Assembly: GCA_964016885.1 (NCBI GenBank)
Contig: OZ024740.1
Coordinates: 142,662,001 to 142,726,000 of the forward strand
Length of the DNA: 64,000 bases
Direction: 5' to 3'
DNA from: Eledone cirrhosa
Taxonomy: Eukaryota
Shown piece after piece: positions 15,435 to 29,732 of the stretch. The notes under the pieces are model-generated. The model was not told the origin of the DNA. It did no database searches and saw nothing but the letters and a program-made list of their open reading frames with translations. Every line of letters begins with the position of its first letter. Within the stretch, counting starts at the first letter, position 1. Position numbers and translations under genes: made by a program.

Positions 15435-15589
15435 TGTTATACTTGGGGAGGGTCATATTTGTGTAATATTGCCAGAACTAATTCATCGCCGTTATATATA
15501 TATATATATACATGTATATATATATATATATACATGTATATATATACATATATATATATACATATATACATATATATGTATGTGTGTAT

Positions 15590-16612
15590 AACCGGTAAAC
15601 AGAAATGACAAAGCAAATAACACAGTACATAAATATATATTAGTTTAACGCTTGAAATAGCAGAAAGAGAGTCATAACCTTTTGGTCAGTATTCCTTCAT
15701 CAGAAGATAGAGTTCAAAATAAAAGATAAATAAAAAGAAAAGAGTTAAAAGAGGAAGGAATGGAGGAAAATTAGGAAAAAAAAGAGGAGAAAAAACACAC
15801 TTGCGTATTCAGTTAGCCATCCTGGAGATTGGCTGCTCAAGGGGTATCTTATGTAGTAAAGAAGTTTAGGAAGGGAGGTAATCAATGTATATGTGGGATG
15901 GATATGTGTGTATGCATGCGTGTGTGTATGTGCATGTGTGTGTGCATGTAGGTGTTTTGTATGTTTGAAGGATAGGCATTGGACTGTGACAGGCTGGCTG
16001 CTGTGAGAGTGTGGATATGTGAGTGAGCATGCATGCATGAACTGAGTCATGTACAAGAATATATATATGAATTTCTATATATATGTAGATACACACACAC
16101 ATAGTAGCAGCTGAGAGGGACTGTGTAGAAAAGAGAATGTAGCGAATATGGTTGTGACATGTATATTTCAATATGTGGTATGGTTATAAGAGAAGCTGTT
16201 TAGCTTTGGATAAGATGATATAGCAACACAGCCGTAAACAGCTAAGCTACAAGCTGTGATGTGCATGGAGCACTGAGGGCCATGTGAATACAGATGAGTA
16301 CAGAAGAGAAACAAGCACACATGGACGTGGGCACAGGAATATGTGTTGCTTCTGTGTGCAGTCATGTACACATACATGTGCATACATCATAAAGTGTAGA
16401 ATTGATAGTTATGTGTGTGTAGAAGTAGATGTGTGTTGGGTGGTATATGCAGATGTTGTAAATGTGGTTGAGTATTGTGTGGTGGTTGGAGTTGTATGTG
16501 TGTGTATGTGCATGTGTTTTTGTGTGAGAGCAAGAGTAAAGAGAGGTTATAGATTACTATGAAGGGAAATTGAGTCCATTCAGAAAAGTGGTTCCAAGGT
16601 CGAAAATGAAAT
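15590..16612 (-). mobile_element. 3' end of a Neptune-like Penelope element (family P2)
   Basis: Minus strand starts [14 protein letters not shown] (matches the GIY-YIG C-terminal FIFxLGTxxPxGLN motif), then a CA/CT-rich tract, then a decayed hammerhead CTGATGA-AGGA..ACC-AAAAGGTTA at about 15670-15710. Confidence 0.65.
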
Positions 16613-16640
16613 ATATATATATTTATATATATATATATAT

Positions 16641-16671
<31 letters not shown>

Positions 16672-16935
16672 TATATATATATAAATATATATATATATAT
16701 GTATACTTATATATATATATATATATAAATATATATATATGTATACATGTGTATACTTATATATATATATATATATATAAATATATATATATGTATACAT
16801 GTGTATACTTATATATATATATATATAAATATATATATATGTATACATATATATACATATATACATATACATAAATACATATATAAATATGTTTAAATAT
16901 ACATATATATTATATATATAAATACAGCTACATAG

Positions 16936-16972
<37 letters not shown>

Positions 16973-18261
16973 GATATATATATGTATATATAAATATATC
17001 TACATAAGTATGTATATAAATATATGTATATATATATATATATATATACATATATTTATATACATACCTATGTAGATATATTTATATATACATATATATA
17101 TAGAGAGAGAGAGAGATAGATACATAGATAAATATAGATATATATAATATATATATAGTACATATTACCTATATATTTGTATATATGTAAACACACACAA
17201 TAATAGTTATACATTTACAAAAATCTTTTTATGCATTTGTATATATATATATATATATATATGCATATTCTTTTCTGAAGTACAATCTTACTATGTCAGC
17301 TGTAGATCATTTGGGGTAGGAGGAGATTGGAGTGTCTTGATTGGAAATGGTAACTTATCAACTACTCAAGTAATCAATACCACTCATACATTGGTTAGAT
17401 CTCTTGACCTGAAAACACTAACATTGTATAATTATATCATTTTTTCTCCCATTTTTGTTTGTTCTTTGTTGTTTTTGCTTTTTGCTATTATTATTTTTAT
17501 CTTTTTTCTGTATCATTATTATTATTAGTATTATTGTTGTTGTTGTTGTTGTTGTTGTTGTCGTTATAATTATTATTGTTGTTGTTGTTGTTGTTGTGGC
17601 CATGGTGTTTTGGTATTACTCGTTTATTTGTTATATATATTTGTATAATTATTTCTTCAACATCCTATGGCTTGTTCTGATAACATTTGTATACACATCA
17701 AATGGATGTAGGTGTACATACATAAATAGGACACAAAGAGAAAGTAAAAGAAATTAAGACAAATACATTTTATATTTTCATGGGTGTTTTCAATATTCCT
17801 CTGTATTTTTTAAATGTTTATTCCTTCTCAATGACGCACAGTGGTTCTTTATCTTCAAATACAGAGTAGCTGTGAGGTTAAAAAACTGGAGGTTAATCAA
17901 ATGGTCATGAGTTATAAACTTGCAACAGCAGTTATATTACATGCCTATAAATAAGGCATTCTTTTACTCATTGACTTGCTTTATCTTTTCCTTTCTTTCT
18001 TTGACATTCAGGTGTTTCTAGAAACATATGCTTGCAGTTAATATATGCAAGTATATATTATAAGATTAACTCTTTTATCAACATTATAGAGAAAATACAT
18101 ATGCTCTACCAGCATGATGATTCCACGACCTACATTTTGTTCCTGGTTGAAGCAAATTCACATCATCTACACCACAAATGCTCTTGAGAAAATGATCAAC
18201 AATAATCAGTCTCATTTCTGTCTCCCCTACAAATTTTTGATTTGTGTTGAGGTTAGAAGTC

Positions 18262-18292
<31 letters not shown>

Positions 18293-18311
18293 TATATGTA
18301 TATATATATAT

Positions 18312-18387
<76 letters not shown>

Positions 18388-18767
18388 TTATATATATGTG
18401 TGTGTATATATATATACATGCATATTTACAAATATATACACACATATCTATACATATGTACATGCATACATACATATATATATTCATATATATACATACA
18501 TATATATATACATATGTGTGTGTGTGTGTTTATATTCCACATGCTAATGCTGCTGCTGCTAATGTTGCTGCAAGCATTATTAATGTAAGTGCTCTTAACT
18601 TTGGACTCTTTGCGGAAATGAAGAGCTAGATGCAACCCATCAAATTATCACAATTAATTAGATTGTTTTGCTAAAAAATCACTAACAGTTCTTGTTCGAA
18701 CAAATTTTAGGGACATTTTTCTTTGTTATCTTCTACTTGCTTATAATCAAGCATTATAACCAAAGTA

Positions 18768-18953
18768 CGGTGGATTGGCAGTATCAGTGGAGGGTCGGAC
18801 GCCATGCTTTGCAGCACAGTTACGTCCCTTTACGTACTGAGTTCAAAACCCGCCGAGGTTAACTTTGCCTTTCATCCTTAAGGGGTCGATAAAATAAAGT
18901 ACCAGTAATACACTGGGATAATTGCTGGCCTTGTGCCAAAAGTAGAAACAATT
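18768..18953 (+). mobile_element. tRNA-derived SINE, family A
   Basis: A box TGGCAGTATCAG, B box GAGTTCAAAACC, shared core and tail. Confidence 0.8.
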
Positions 18954-18974
18954 ATAACCAAAGTACATAGAGAA

Positions 18975-19380
18975 GGCACGGCTGTGTGATTAAGGAATTT
19001 GCTTTGCAACCATGTGATTGTAAGTTCAGTCCTGCTGTGTGGCACCTAAAGCAAGTGTCTTTTACTATAGCTTACGGTTGATCAATACCTTGTGAGTGAA
19101 ATTAGGTAGACAAAAACTGCAGAAGCCTATTGTATAAGCGTGTGTGCACATGCATGTATGTCTTTGTGTGTGCGTGCATATGCCTCTGTGTGTGTATCTA
19201 TGTTTATGCTTGTGTCTGTTTCTGTTTATGTCCCATAACTTAGCAGTTTGACAAAAAAGGAAAAAGATCACTAAAATAAGTACCAGAATTGAAAAACGTA
19301 AGTACTGGTGTCGATATGATCTACTAAATCAAGGTGGTGCCCCAGTGTGCCAACAGTCTCATGACTGAAATCAGTAAAAC
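18975..19380 (+). mobile_element. tRNA-derived SINE of another family with an internal TG-rich tract
   Basis: Head cggctgtgtgattaagg..gttcagtcc, then gcaagtgtcttttactatagc, tail aaggtggtgccccag..tgactgaaatcagtaaaa. Confidence 0.6.
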
Positions 19381-19601
19381 AATATAGCTATATGTATTTA
19401 TAAATATATATATATTAACATCATCATCATCATCACCATCATCACTGTTTTATGTATATTTCTCATGCTTACATGGATTAAACGGATTGTCATGTTATGT
19501 GACAAGTCAGGTCAGGTGGTCAGGTCTTGCTCATTTAGAACTGTTTTGGGCTTTGGTTTCTATGGTTGGATGCCATTCCAATATATATATATATATATGT
19601 A

Positions 19602-19754
<153 letters not shown>

Positions 19755-20725
19755 TTATATATATATACAGAGAGCCATCTGCAGGGTTTCACCCCAATAT
19801 TTATGTTAACCAGCTCTAGATTAACCATTACGTAAAATAAGCATGTACTTAGGGCCTGAAATAAAAGGGACCTCATAGAGTTTTTTCCCAGTGCTGGATG
19901 TACAATGGACCATGGTGCAATGTTGCAGGTGAACAAGTTTCCCTAAAAAGGTGGCCCCATAATATTTTTAGTGATTAGGGCCTCTAAAAGTCTTAACCCA
20001 GCCATGTTATTAACATTTCAGCAGTTGTTCACTCTGGCCTTCCACTGGTACCTGTCATATTTAGAAATGGTTTTTGAACTGGAAACTAAGCCCTTCACTG
20101 AAATCATATCACTTGCTTATTCTGCATATACTAGAATATATATAGACATACTAACACAGGGATTTAACTCATAACCACTAGATAAACTGTTACATATAAC
20201 ATTTAACTGTATTATTAGGTCCTTTAAGCTTAACTTGTTATGGTCTTAGGCTAAATGGTTTATCTTTCTTAATTAACAATGCAAATGTATATATATGACG
20301 GGGGGGGGGGGGGGCGGTCATGGTAGAAGAGATGTTGTGCTGGGTAACAACTAAAAAGAATATGAATATGTATGTAAAAGAAAGAGGGAAGCAGATTGAT
20401 AAGGTGATAAGTAAGGATAGACAGTGGTAGGGTCATACTGGTTTTTGACAGAAGATTGAGTAATAAAGGTGTTTCGTCGTAGGAGGGAGCCAGTGATATA
20501 TAGCAACGCAGAAGTCTCATGAGGATGAAAATGATGATGATGGTTATGTCAATAGTATTGTATATGGACACAGATGATGGGTTTTACATGTCTATATATA
20601 TATGACTGAGGTTGTATATTGAATAATATGCAAAATGTTCATGTAAATAAACATTTTTATAGCCTTGCTATGAATTTTAGAAGTGATGAGTTTCACCACC
20701 AGCCTTTAACAACCAAGGAAGAGCA

Positions 20726-20766
20726 CCCTAACGGATGTTTCTGTTTCATTCACTGTCTTCAGAGGG
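20726..20766 (-). ncRNA. Degenerate hammerhead ribozyme motif
   Basis: Minus: CCCT-CTGAAGA-cagtgaatgaaaca-GAA-AC-atcc-GT-T-AGGG. Stems I and III pair; stem II is decayed. Confidence 0.4.
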
Positions 20767-20776
20767 GCTAACTCTG

Positions 20777-20821
<45 letters not shown>

Positions 20822-21537
20822 CAAGTATTTAGGAAACTCAATGTTTATATAAATAAACACTTAGAAACATTTATACATACATGTATAAATGCAAATAAAG
20901 GAGAATTTTCACACCTCACTATTTTACTCAATGCAACAGTTGGTACAAGGATGTGTTGGTATGTGGAATAACCCCAAAGTAAGGGGAGTTAATGTCTATA
21001 TCCCAGTTATACCATCATGGGTCAGATCCAATTGGTTCTAAGTAATTGGTTACAGTGCTTTATATCTAAGACAATGGATGGTTGAAATTTCAGTTATTCT
21101 ATCATCTTGCCTATTGTTTCTATGTTTCTACACTTCAAACTTCTTCTTCGAGGAATAAAACAAATCAAGTTATTAATTTCCAATAACTAGGAAATTAATC
21201 AATTATTTATTTTACTCTATGAAAAGGAAATTTGAAGTGTGGAAGTAATTGTCAAAATAACAGAATAAATATAAGATAGTTTTAACCTTCCATCGTCTTT
21301 GTTTGATATGTATGCATATATATATATATATATGGTGTTATATATATCTGTAATTTTGTTCATTTTATTGCTTCACTTTTCTTCTGCTTTTTTTGCTAGT
21401 ATCTTAAAAGGCCACAAAGTGTCTCAGATAACTATTTTGCTCCTGACTATTCTTATCTATTCAGGTTTTTATTATTTTAAATTTAACCATTATACGATCA
21501 TATCAGCTAACTTTCTATCTTCATACTGTGAATATAT

Positions 21538-21670
<133 letters not shown>

Positions 21671-22637
21671 CTATGTGTGTGTGTGAGTGAGTAAAATGTA
21701 AAAAGAAAATTTCAAAATACTTATTCAATGTTAAAACTTATCCTAATATATATATTTTTTATATTAAATTAGTGTAAAATAACCTACCCACCATCTCCAA
21801 ATAGATTTTGATGATAAATAGTCTACTGATTTGTTTTGCTATTTCAATGGGTTGACACAAAATGAGAAAGGTTATTCTTGGTATGATATGTGAATTTAAA
21901 TGATTATGATTAAAGAAAAAAAATGTTATTTGGGCAACATCTTATTTGCTTTCTTTCTATCTTAAGGTCATTTTGCTTTAAGCGCCATTTCAGAAAGTTG
22001 GCATGGATTTTCAGTGCCTTCAGCTCAATGTATTTTGTATTATGCAATTTGTTTAATTTATTTATGTTCAATAGATCGTTTTTTGCTTTGTTTTGTCTTT
22101 TTTTATATTTTTTTTATTTATTATTATTTTTTTTTTTTTTTTTGCTTTCCCTCTTATTTTTATTTATTTATTTCTAAGCTTTTCCTCTGTTGGATAATAC
22201 TTCAGTGCATTTTCCTCTATTTTCATAAAAGTTTTCCTCACTGCTCTGTATTCCTAAAGTATTATTTTTTACAGTATAGCACAGTACCTCTCTCTCTTTC
22301 TTATTTATACAAGCACATCAGCTGTGCTGGGAGGTTAAAGTGTTTGGCTTGCTAACAACATGGTCATGAATTCAAAACTTGATACAGCCATTGCATTTTG
22401 TACCCATGGTCTCCCCAGCTGAAGAACTAATGATACCTACTTCACATTAAGGTGAGTAGTCAGTAACAGAAAAGAGAAAGTAATCAAACAAAAATTGTAC
22501 CAATATACATTTCAATGATGTCCATACAGAAAACAAACATAAAAGCATGAAAATATTTTAAGGAAAATAGTTTTGGAAAAATTGTATTAGAAAAATAATT
22601 GTTTTCATTTTAATTTTCATTTGTCTTTTAATATATT

Positions 22638-22995
22638 AATGTTGTTTTTAAGGTATTAAAGTGGGAGAAACATTATAGTACTGGACTAAATGTTATTTCT
22701 ATAGTACTGATATGGCAGAAACATTATAGTACTGAAATAAATATTGTTGCTAAAGTACTGATATGTTTGAAACATTACAGTTCTAGACTAAATGTTTTTC
22801 TTAGGTAGTGATACAGTAGAAACATTGTAGTACTGGACTAAATGTTGTTTCTAGGGTATTAAAGTGGGAGTCATTATAGTACTGGACTAAATGTTGTTTC
22901 TATAGTACTCATATGGTAGAAACATTATAGTACTGGACTAAATGTTGTTTCTAAAGTAATAGTGGTAAAAATGGTATAGTGCTGAACAAAATATA
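22638..22995. repeat. About 50-bp minisatellite, 6-7 units, each with dyad symmetry
   Basis: gaaacattatagtactggactaaatgtt.tttcta recurs at about 22668, 22719, 22768, 22819, 22870 and 22919. Confidence 0.85.
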
Positions 22996-24651
22996 ATGCT
23001 GGACTATGTGTTTCTGTGTTCAGTTAATGTTCTTTATTGCTCAAATTCCAAGGTTTCGACACCTGGAGTCAATAAAATGCATACTAGAAATATACTAATT
23101 GTATTCAATAGATTATACTACTTCCCCAAAACTGTGTGGCCTTATGCCCATCTATGTGCTTTCATGTTTGATATTTTTCTCTTGTTTAAGTTGTTCTTAA
23201 AAATTAATATTAATCAGATTAGAATATTTTTGGAATTCGTTTTCTGTTTTTTTATAGTTTCTTATTCTTAAGATAGGCATAAATTCCTACAGTTGTCCAT
23301 GACCTCCTCTTTTAGCATTGGTGGTAGGTATACCTGGAGACGGGATAGGCTTCACCAGGTTTAAGTGTCACAACAGTGCCCCTACAACTCCATCATAAGT
23401 AAAGGGCCCATTATTTGGTATGGTAAGATATATTTTGTTCAAGAACTACAACAGAATAATGGAAAGCTACTGGTGAAATAAGTTCAGTTTGGTTCATGGT
23501 TAAAGCCCGTTTTACTCCACATTCACTGTTAATGTCTTTCGGAAACACATGAATGCATAAATCCCTTTTTGATCCTCCTTTAAATATATTTTAACCTTCA
23601 TGCCTCTCAGGAGCCTGCAGTGTGCTCTCTTTCAAACACTCATACAATTCCATACCAAGCTTCATACAAAAATGATTTTGTTAATTTTTAACAATGAAAT
23701 AATAAATTATAAATGTATTTACAACAGCTCATTAGGTTACCAGCAATCCACTCTTTTTTGCATCAATTACAGATATCCCTCCAATAGAAACTTATGGGAA
23801 TATTGTCAAGTGTGTGACATTACACATACTGAATTTAAATTTATTTTAAATACATTTCTTTATACACCAACAAATGAATATTATTTGTGGCAGTTTCATT
23901 TCTTACCTTAGAGTAGTAGATAAAAAATTAAAATGGTCATGCCAGTCCAATTTTCATTTAAAGTACTTCTCTTTAGCTCTGATCAATTATTCCATAGGGT
24001 TCCTAATAAGTCTCTTAAAATATGAATATTGTTGTTACTTTCAAAAATCTATGAAAGTGATCAGTCCAATCAATTTATAAGAAGAATCTTAACTCACATA
24101 GTTTCTATATTCAAATGTCAGTCTTATGGAACTCTTTTCCTTCTTGTTTCCCCGATGGGTATAACCTTAATTCTTTTAAACCTTCTACTGATCATTTTCT
24201 GATTCCAAGAGCAGTGTCTCATTAAACATATTTTTTTTTCTTTTCTATTGTAACTCCCAACAAATTAAGTGGTTGCTTGGGGCCTGTAGTATTGCTGGTT
24301 ACTTGCCACCCTGTTGTGTGTGACTTCTAATAAAAAAAAATATATAAATAAAAATATTTCTGACAGCTCCAACTCACTGTTCTTTTTCTGTCATACAGAA
24401 TTTGTCTATCTTTAGTTGAGACATTAACTTTTTGCTTCTTATTTTTTTTTTATTATCCTTTATTTTCCATTTCTGGGATTGTTGTCTTCATTATGGTTAC
24501 TGAAGTGACAACAAAGATAATCATGATATTCTTCCTGCTGGAAATGGTGATGGTAGAGTTGTTATTGTTGTTATTGGTATGCTATTATTGTTATCACTGG
24601 ATGAACATTCTTATTCTACTTGTTGCTGTTGTTAAAAGAACTGATACTAAA

Positions 24652-24802
24652 TACTTGTTTCTACTTTTGGCACAAGGCCAGCAATTACCCAGTACATTGC
24701 TGGTACTTTATTTTATCGACTCCGTAAGGATGAAAGGCAAAGTTAACATTGACGGGATTTGAACTCAGTTCGTAAAAGGACGTAACTGTGCTGCAAAGCA
24801 TG
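24652..24802 (-). mobile_element. tRNA-derived SINE, family A
   Basis: Reverse complement of the family-A B box, core and tail. Confidence 0.75.
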
Positions 24803-25019
24803 GGCACCATAAATATGATGGCAGAGAATAAAAAAGTAAGCTCTTGGCATAAACCATGACAATACTTTCTTTCTTGGTTAGAGTCATTTCACTTCACCAA
24901 CACTCTTAATGCCTTTTGAAATAACATGAACTTTACAAAAACCCATTTCAAATTCAAGCAGTTCACTGATTAGTTATCCAGTTTTTTCTCATGTAATGGA
25001 GAGAAGCATTTATCATCAG

Positions 25020-25350
25020 CATCATTATTATTTTGTCCATTTTTCTAAGCTGCCATAGGTTGGATGGGTCATTACTATCCAAATTGGTACTTAAAAAAGA
25101 GCAACTATCCCCCTAGACAGGTTAGGGAGCCATGTTTTGCTCAATACAGGCCATTCCGGCATGGTTTCTACAGCTGGATGCTTTTCCTAATGCCAATCAA
25201 CGTTACAGAGTGCACTGGCTGTATTCCATTATAGCTTCAGCACTAGAGAAGTTGTCTTGCCCTCATCATAACTAGAGAATTCTCTAACGCTTTCTTGACA
25301 TGGTTTCTATGGCTGAATGCCCTCCATAATGCCAACCACCTTACAGTGTG
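25020..25350 (-). mobile_element. Degenerate RTE-tailed SINE-like repeat with a duplicated central motif
   Basis: catggtttcta.agctg.atgc.ttcctaatgccaa occurs twice. Similar decayed copies at about 19430-19580, 33735-33830, 38610-38770, 40730-40900, 41000-41260, 42510-42590 and 45880-46180. Confidence 0.55.
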
Positions 25351-25648
25351 TACTTCCATAATAATATAATAATAATAATGATTTCATTTATTGGCCACAA
25401 GGAGTGACATATAGGGGACAATGCAAAGACAGGGACAGTGGAGGGTTACAATAATAATAATTGTTTCTACTTTTGGTACAAGGCCAGCAATTACCCAGAA
25501 CATTACTGGTACTTTAAATAATAATGATAATAAATGTTAACATGTTTCTAGCTTGCCACTCAAATCTATTTGATACCAAGAATGAGAATGGAAGAACATC
25601 CTATGTATAATAGAATTATTTACCATCATATGTTATTAGTAATAATAG

Positions 25649-25840
25649 AGGGCGGTGGATTGGCAGTATTGGTAGAGGGTCGGACGCCATGCTTTGACGT
25701 ATAGAGTTACAGCCCTTGTCTTTCTGAGTTCAAATCCCGCCAAGGTTAACTTTGCCTTTCATCCTTACGGGGTCGATAAAATAAAGTACCAGTAATGCAC
25801 TGGGTAATTGTTGGCCTTGTGCCTAACGTAGAAACAGTTA
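25649..25840 (+). mobile_element. tRNA-derived SINE, family A, full length
   Basis: A box TGGCAGTATTGG, B box GAGTTCAAATCC, conserved core and tail. Confidence 0.85.
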
Positions 25841-26639
25841 TTAGTAATAATATATATATTTTAATAATACCAATTTTTAATTTTCTTATATAGTTCAAAT
25901 ACACTTAGCAAGCAAAAAAAAAGGATTCATATTGAATATATAACAAATATAAATACAAACAATATTAATTTAGTATTTTTGCTACAACCTATATCTTGTT
26001 TGAAAATGATATATGCTTACACTCAAACACACACACACACACACACACAGACAGACAGACACACACACACACACACATATATACACACACACACACACAT
26101 ATACAAATATATGATAAATGTAAAATTGGCTGTATAAGAGGAATCAGATGCAGTGTGCAAGAGATATGACTGTGCTTGTATGAGCATGTAATGTATCGAT
26201 GATATCGATCATAATGGTAAGGTGAAAATATGCCAGAACAAAGATATGGCAGAGGTAAGTTGGATTCTAAGTACAAATGTGACAGTGACTTCGAAGTTTC
26301 ATCCAGATGAAATGATCAAGTTGAAACTTCAAAGTCACTGCCACTTTTAAAATGAATTTTTTCACTCTACTTGCCACCCCCAGCATTGAGTGCTCAATCA
26401 GTTCCTGTACTTTAAAAACTAAATCTAATATATATATGTATGTAAGTGTTTATGTACGTATGTATTTATGTATATATGTTTTCCACAAAATTCTGTAAGA
26501 TGACAGGATTAGGAAAGCAAGTGATGTTTTCGGAAAGCTAGAAATGTGCCTCTGGGGTCAGTGAGACATATGCAAGAAGACAAAGGTAAAGGTGTACAAG
26601 GCATGTGTGTTCTCTTCTCTTCTTTATGCCTGCGAGACC

Positions 26640-27397
26640 TGGGTCACATATCAACACCACCTTAAACAATTGGAGCGTTTCCATCAGATGTGTCTCAGAC
26701 GGACCCATGGCATTCACTGGAGGGACCACATCAGTGATTTTGGAAAGCTCTCTGTGTGAAAGTATAGAAGCTCTTGTACTTAAGCAAAGACTCTGATGGA
26801 GTGGTCACCTTGCCAGGATTAAGGATTCTAGAATACCGAAACAACTCTTTTATGGAGAGTTAGTTAAAGGAAAACGACCTCCACATAAACCAAAAAAGAG
26901 GTAAAAGGAAAGCCTCTCTGAAAGATGCTAACATCTCTGCTGATACATGGGAAAGCATAGCTGCTAATTGTAATAAATGGAGAAAGACTGTACATGAGGA
27001 GAAAGTTGCTTTTGAAGCATCTCGAATCACATACGAGAAAGTAAAAAGGGATGTAAGGAAAGGCATTGCTGTTGCCTTTCCAGACAGCAAAGGTCCTCCT
27101 ATGGTGCTAACATGGAGCGTCTGTGTGAGACTCTGCCTCAGCAAAGCTGGACTCGAAAGTCATCTTCGCAGGCAAAAAGTGAGACCAGTGGTTGACTACC
27201 AGGCTGCTGTTGGAGATGCTACCCATCATGCCTGTCAAGAGAGTAGATCAGCAGGAGGGCTCAAACGTCATGCAAAAGTACATGAAATTCAACCACAGCC
27301 AACTATTGCCTGCGAATGTTATAGTTGCTAACTCTGTGCAAGACATTTTAAATCATTGGCTGGGCTAAAAAGCCACATTCGATCGCAACAGCGTTAA
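26640..27397 (+). pseudogene. Decayed 3' portion of an RTE (BovB-like) LINE with C-terminal C2H2-like zinc fingers
   Basis: SIEALVLKQRL*WSGHLARIKDSRIPKQLFYGELVKGKRPPHKPKKR, then SKAGLESHLR, SAGGLKRHAKVH and FKSLAGLKSHIRSQQR*. Stops and frameshifts are present. Probable detached 3' hairpin with (ATGT)n tail at about 27965-28020. Confidence 0.85.
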
Positions 27398-27859
27398 TTG
27401 TTATTGTGTGTGTGTATAAGTATGTGTGTGTGTGGGGGGAGGGGATGTATGTGTATGTGTGTATGTGAGTATGTATATGTATATGTATATATTTTGCTTG
27501 TAGAGAGATATATTGAGGTTGTGTTGTCTGGAACTTCTATGCTATCCAGGGTTGTTTGATTAACAGAAATACAGGGTTGTGAAAGAAAAATTTATTTAGC
27601 CCTTTCATTACTATATTTGTAATGAAAGGTATTGCATAATATTTTGAAATAATAAATATGTATGTGTGTGTGTGTGTATATATATATATAGTGACGAAAC
27701 ATAAGTCAATTGCAATGACTCATAATCCTTTATTTACTGCTATATATATTTCGATGATAACCATTGAATAGCTATGACCTCATCAGGCAGTTAGTCAGTT
27801 CTGTGTTTATAGTGTTGATGGTATCAGAGCCTTGGATTTTACCAACACTTACTTTCTTG

Positions 27860-27920
<61 letters not shown>

Positions 27921-28462
27921 TTTATTTTATTATTGTTGTTATTGTTATTATTATTTTTTCATGCAATGGCCATACTCGATAATGAGGGGGCAGCCATCAT
28001 GTATGTATGTATGTATGTACATGTGTGTGTGTTATTACTGAGAAGTTACACAAGCTAGAATTTTCAAGCTTTTTATATACTTTTATTGTTCCATGCTGTA
28101 CAGTATATTAGCCAATACTTCAACTTCATTTTTTTAGTTTTTTTTTTTTTTCATGAGAGGAGGTTGCCATACTCAAGTCTTCTTCATTTCTGGAGAGTAA
28201 AAGAAGCAATGAATAGTTTCCCATATTCCTTCTGAAAGTGCAATATAGTTGATTTCAAGAGAGAAAGAAATTAAGAGAAAGGTGAAGAAGGAAGATATAC
28301 TTTAAATTTTGCTGATATGTATGTGTAAGTGTTTGTGTAATATATATATATAAATGAAACGATGATGATGATGATGATATATATGAATAAATATATATGT
28401 GTCTGTGTGTGTGTGTGCGTATATTATATATATGTATATATATACTTATGAATATTTATATA

Positions 28463-28504
<42 letters not shown>

Positions 28505-28514
28505 TATATATATG

Positions 28515-28775
28515 TGTTGGACTTACAATCATAATGTCATGGGTTCGATTCCTGGGTTATGTGTTGTGTTCTTGAGCAAAATACTTCATTTCACGTTGCA
28601 ACAGTATACTCAGCTGAAAATGAATACCAGCAATAGCTGGAGGCTTAACTCTGTGATGGACTGGCATCCTGTCCAGGGGTCGGGGGGTCTTGTACTCTCA
28701 GTCACTTCACGCCATGAAACCGGGATAAACAGCGGCCAAATGAGCCTTGTGGCTTAAGACAGACTTTAGACTTTA
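28515..28775 (+). mobile_element. tRNA/CORE-type SINE (family B head, different tail)
   Basis: B box GGGTTCGATTCC and core gtgttgtgttcttgagcaaaatacttcatttcacgttgc shared with family B. Related copies at about 39050-39350 (-) and 50200-50480 (+). Confidence 0.7.
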
Positions 28776-28815
28776 GATATACATATAAATATGTGTATAT
28801 AAATATCATATATAT

Positions 28816-28865
<50 letters not shown>

Positions 28866-28975
28866 GAATATGTGTATATATATATATTTATATATATATA
28901 TATATGTATATAGATATGTGTATATACAGATATACATGTATATACACATATCTATATACATATATATATATATAC

Positions 28976-29697
28976 TATAAAGTATGTCCATAGAATCATT
29001 TGATAATATATATACACCATTTCCTCTCCCAATTAGCATAATTAACCACACAAAAAAATCAATTAGACCAGGCTATAAGATTAAAAGGCACCTATGAAGA
29101 AATAGTAGATAAATAAACGACAGCAATCTCTTCGCGGCCAACCGCCATAGAATATTTACCCAACATTTCAACAGCATGTGGAAATCGATTAAATATACCG
29201 TCAACCATACACAATTAGGTATAAAATTAAAGTTAGAAGAAATGCATATATACCTACTAGGATTATGTTTCTACCCTCGGGTTTCGTTCGCATTTGGAAA
29301 TATCCTATTAAAGATAAAATCTCGAGCTTCGAACTCATCAGGAAACAAACTCGTTTGGACAAATAATTTTCTAAAGTGATCCCCGCCAGAAACGAATTCA
29401 AAATGGCTAAGAACTGTGACGTGGCAGTGGTCAAGTCAGAAAGAATGTGATTGGTTGCTTACGGCGAGTGGGTTGGTTGCTAGAAAGCGCAGCCCAATAT
29501 TGCCCAAATTGCATCTCAACCTAATTGGAGATTATTAAATATAAAGATTTACATATACACAAACTAGACAAAGTCACAGATATATATGTTTTTGTTTTGG
29601 CAACCATTCACGATGTGGCTCAATGATGAATTAATAAATTAAATAATCAGAGCAATATACTATAAAGTATGTCCATAGAATCATTTGATAATATATA
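28976..29697. mobile_element. Non-coding repeat (family P3, PLE-end-like) with its first about 38 bp directly repeated at 29659-29697
   Basis: Colinear homologue at 51132-51720 and a related palindromic copy at 47762-48120. CTGATGA on the minus strand near 29335. Flanked by (TA)n. Confidence 0.6.
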
Positions 29698-29732
29698 AAA
29701 ACATATATATATATATATGTGTATGTATAAAT

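Noticed and set aside
15228-15456. N-terminal part of the 660-aa ORF ([12 protein letters not shown]...)
   Set aside because: Chance in-frame fusion of TA satellite and the 32-bp dispersed motif to the truncated RTE.
29255-29300. Hammerhead-like CGAACGA-AACCC..GGGTA-GAAAC on the minus strand of family P3
   Set aside because: The core box is too divergent in both copies and stems I and III are unsupported.
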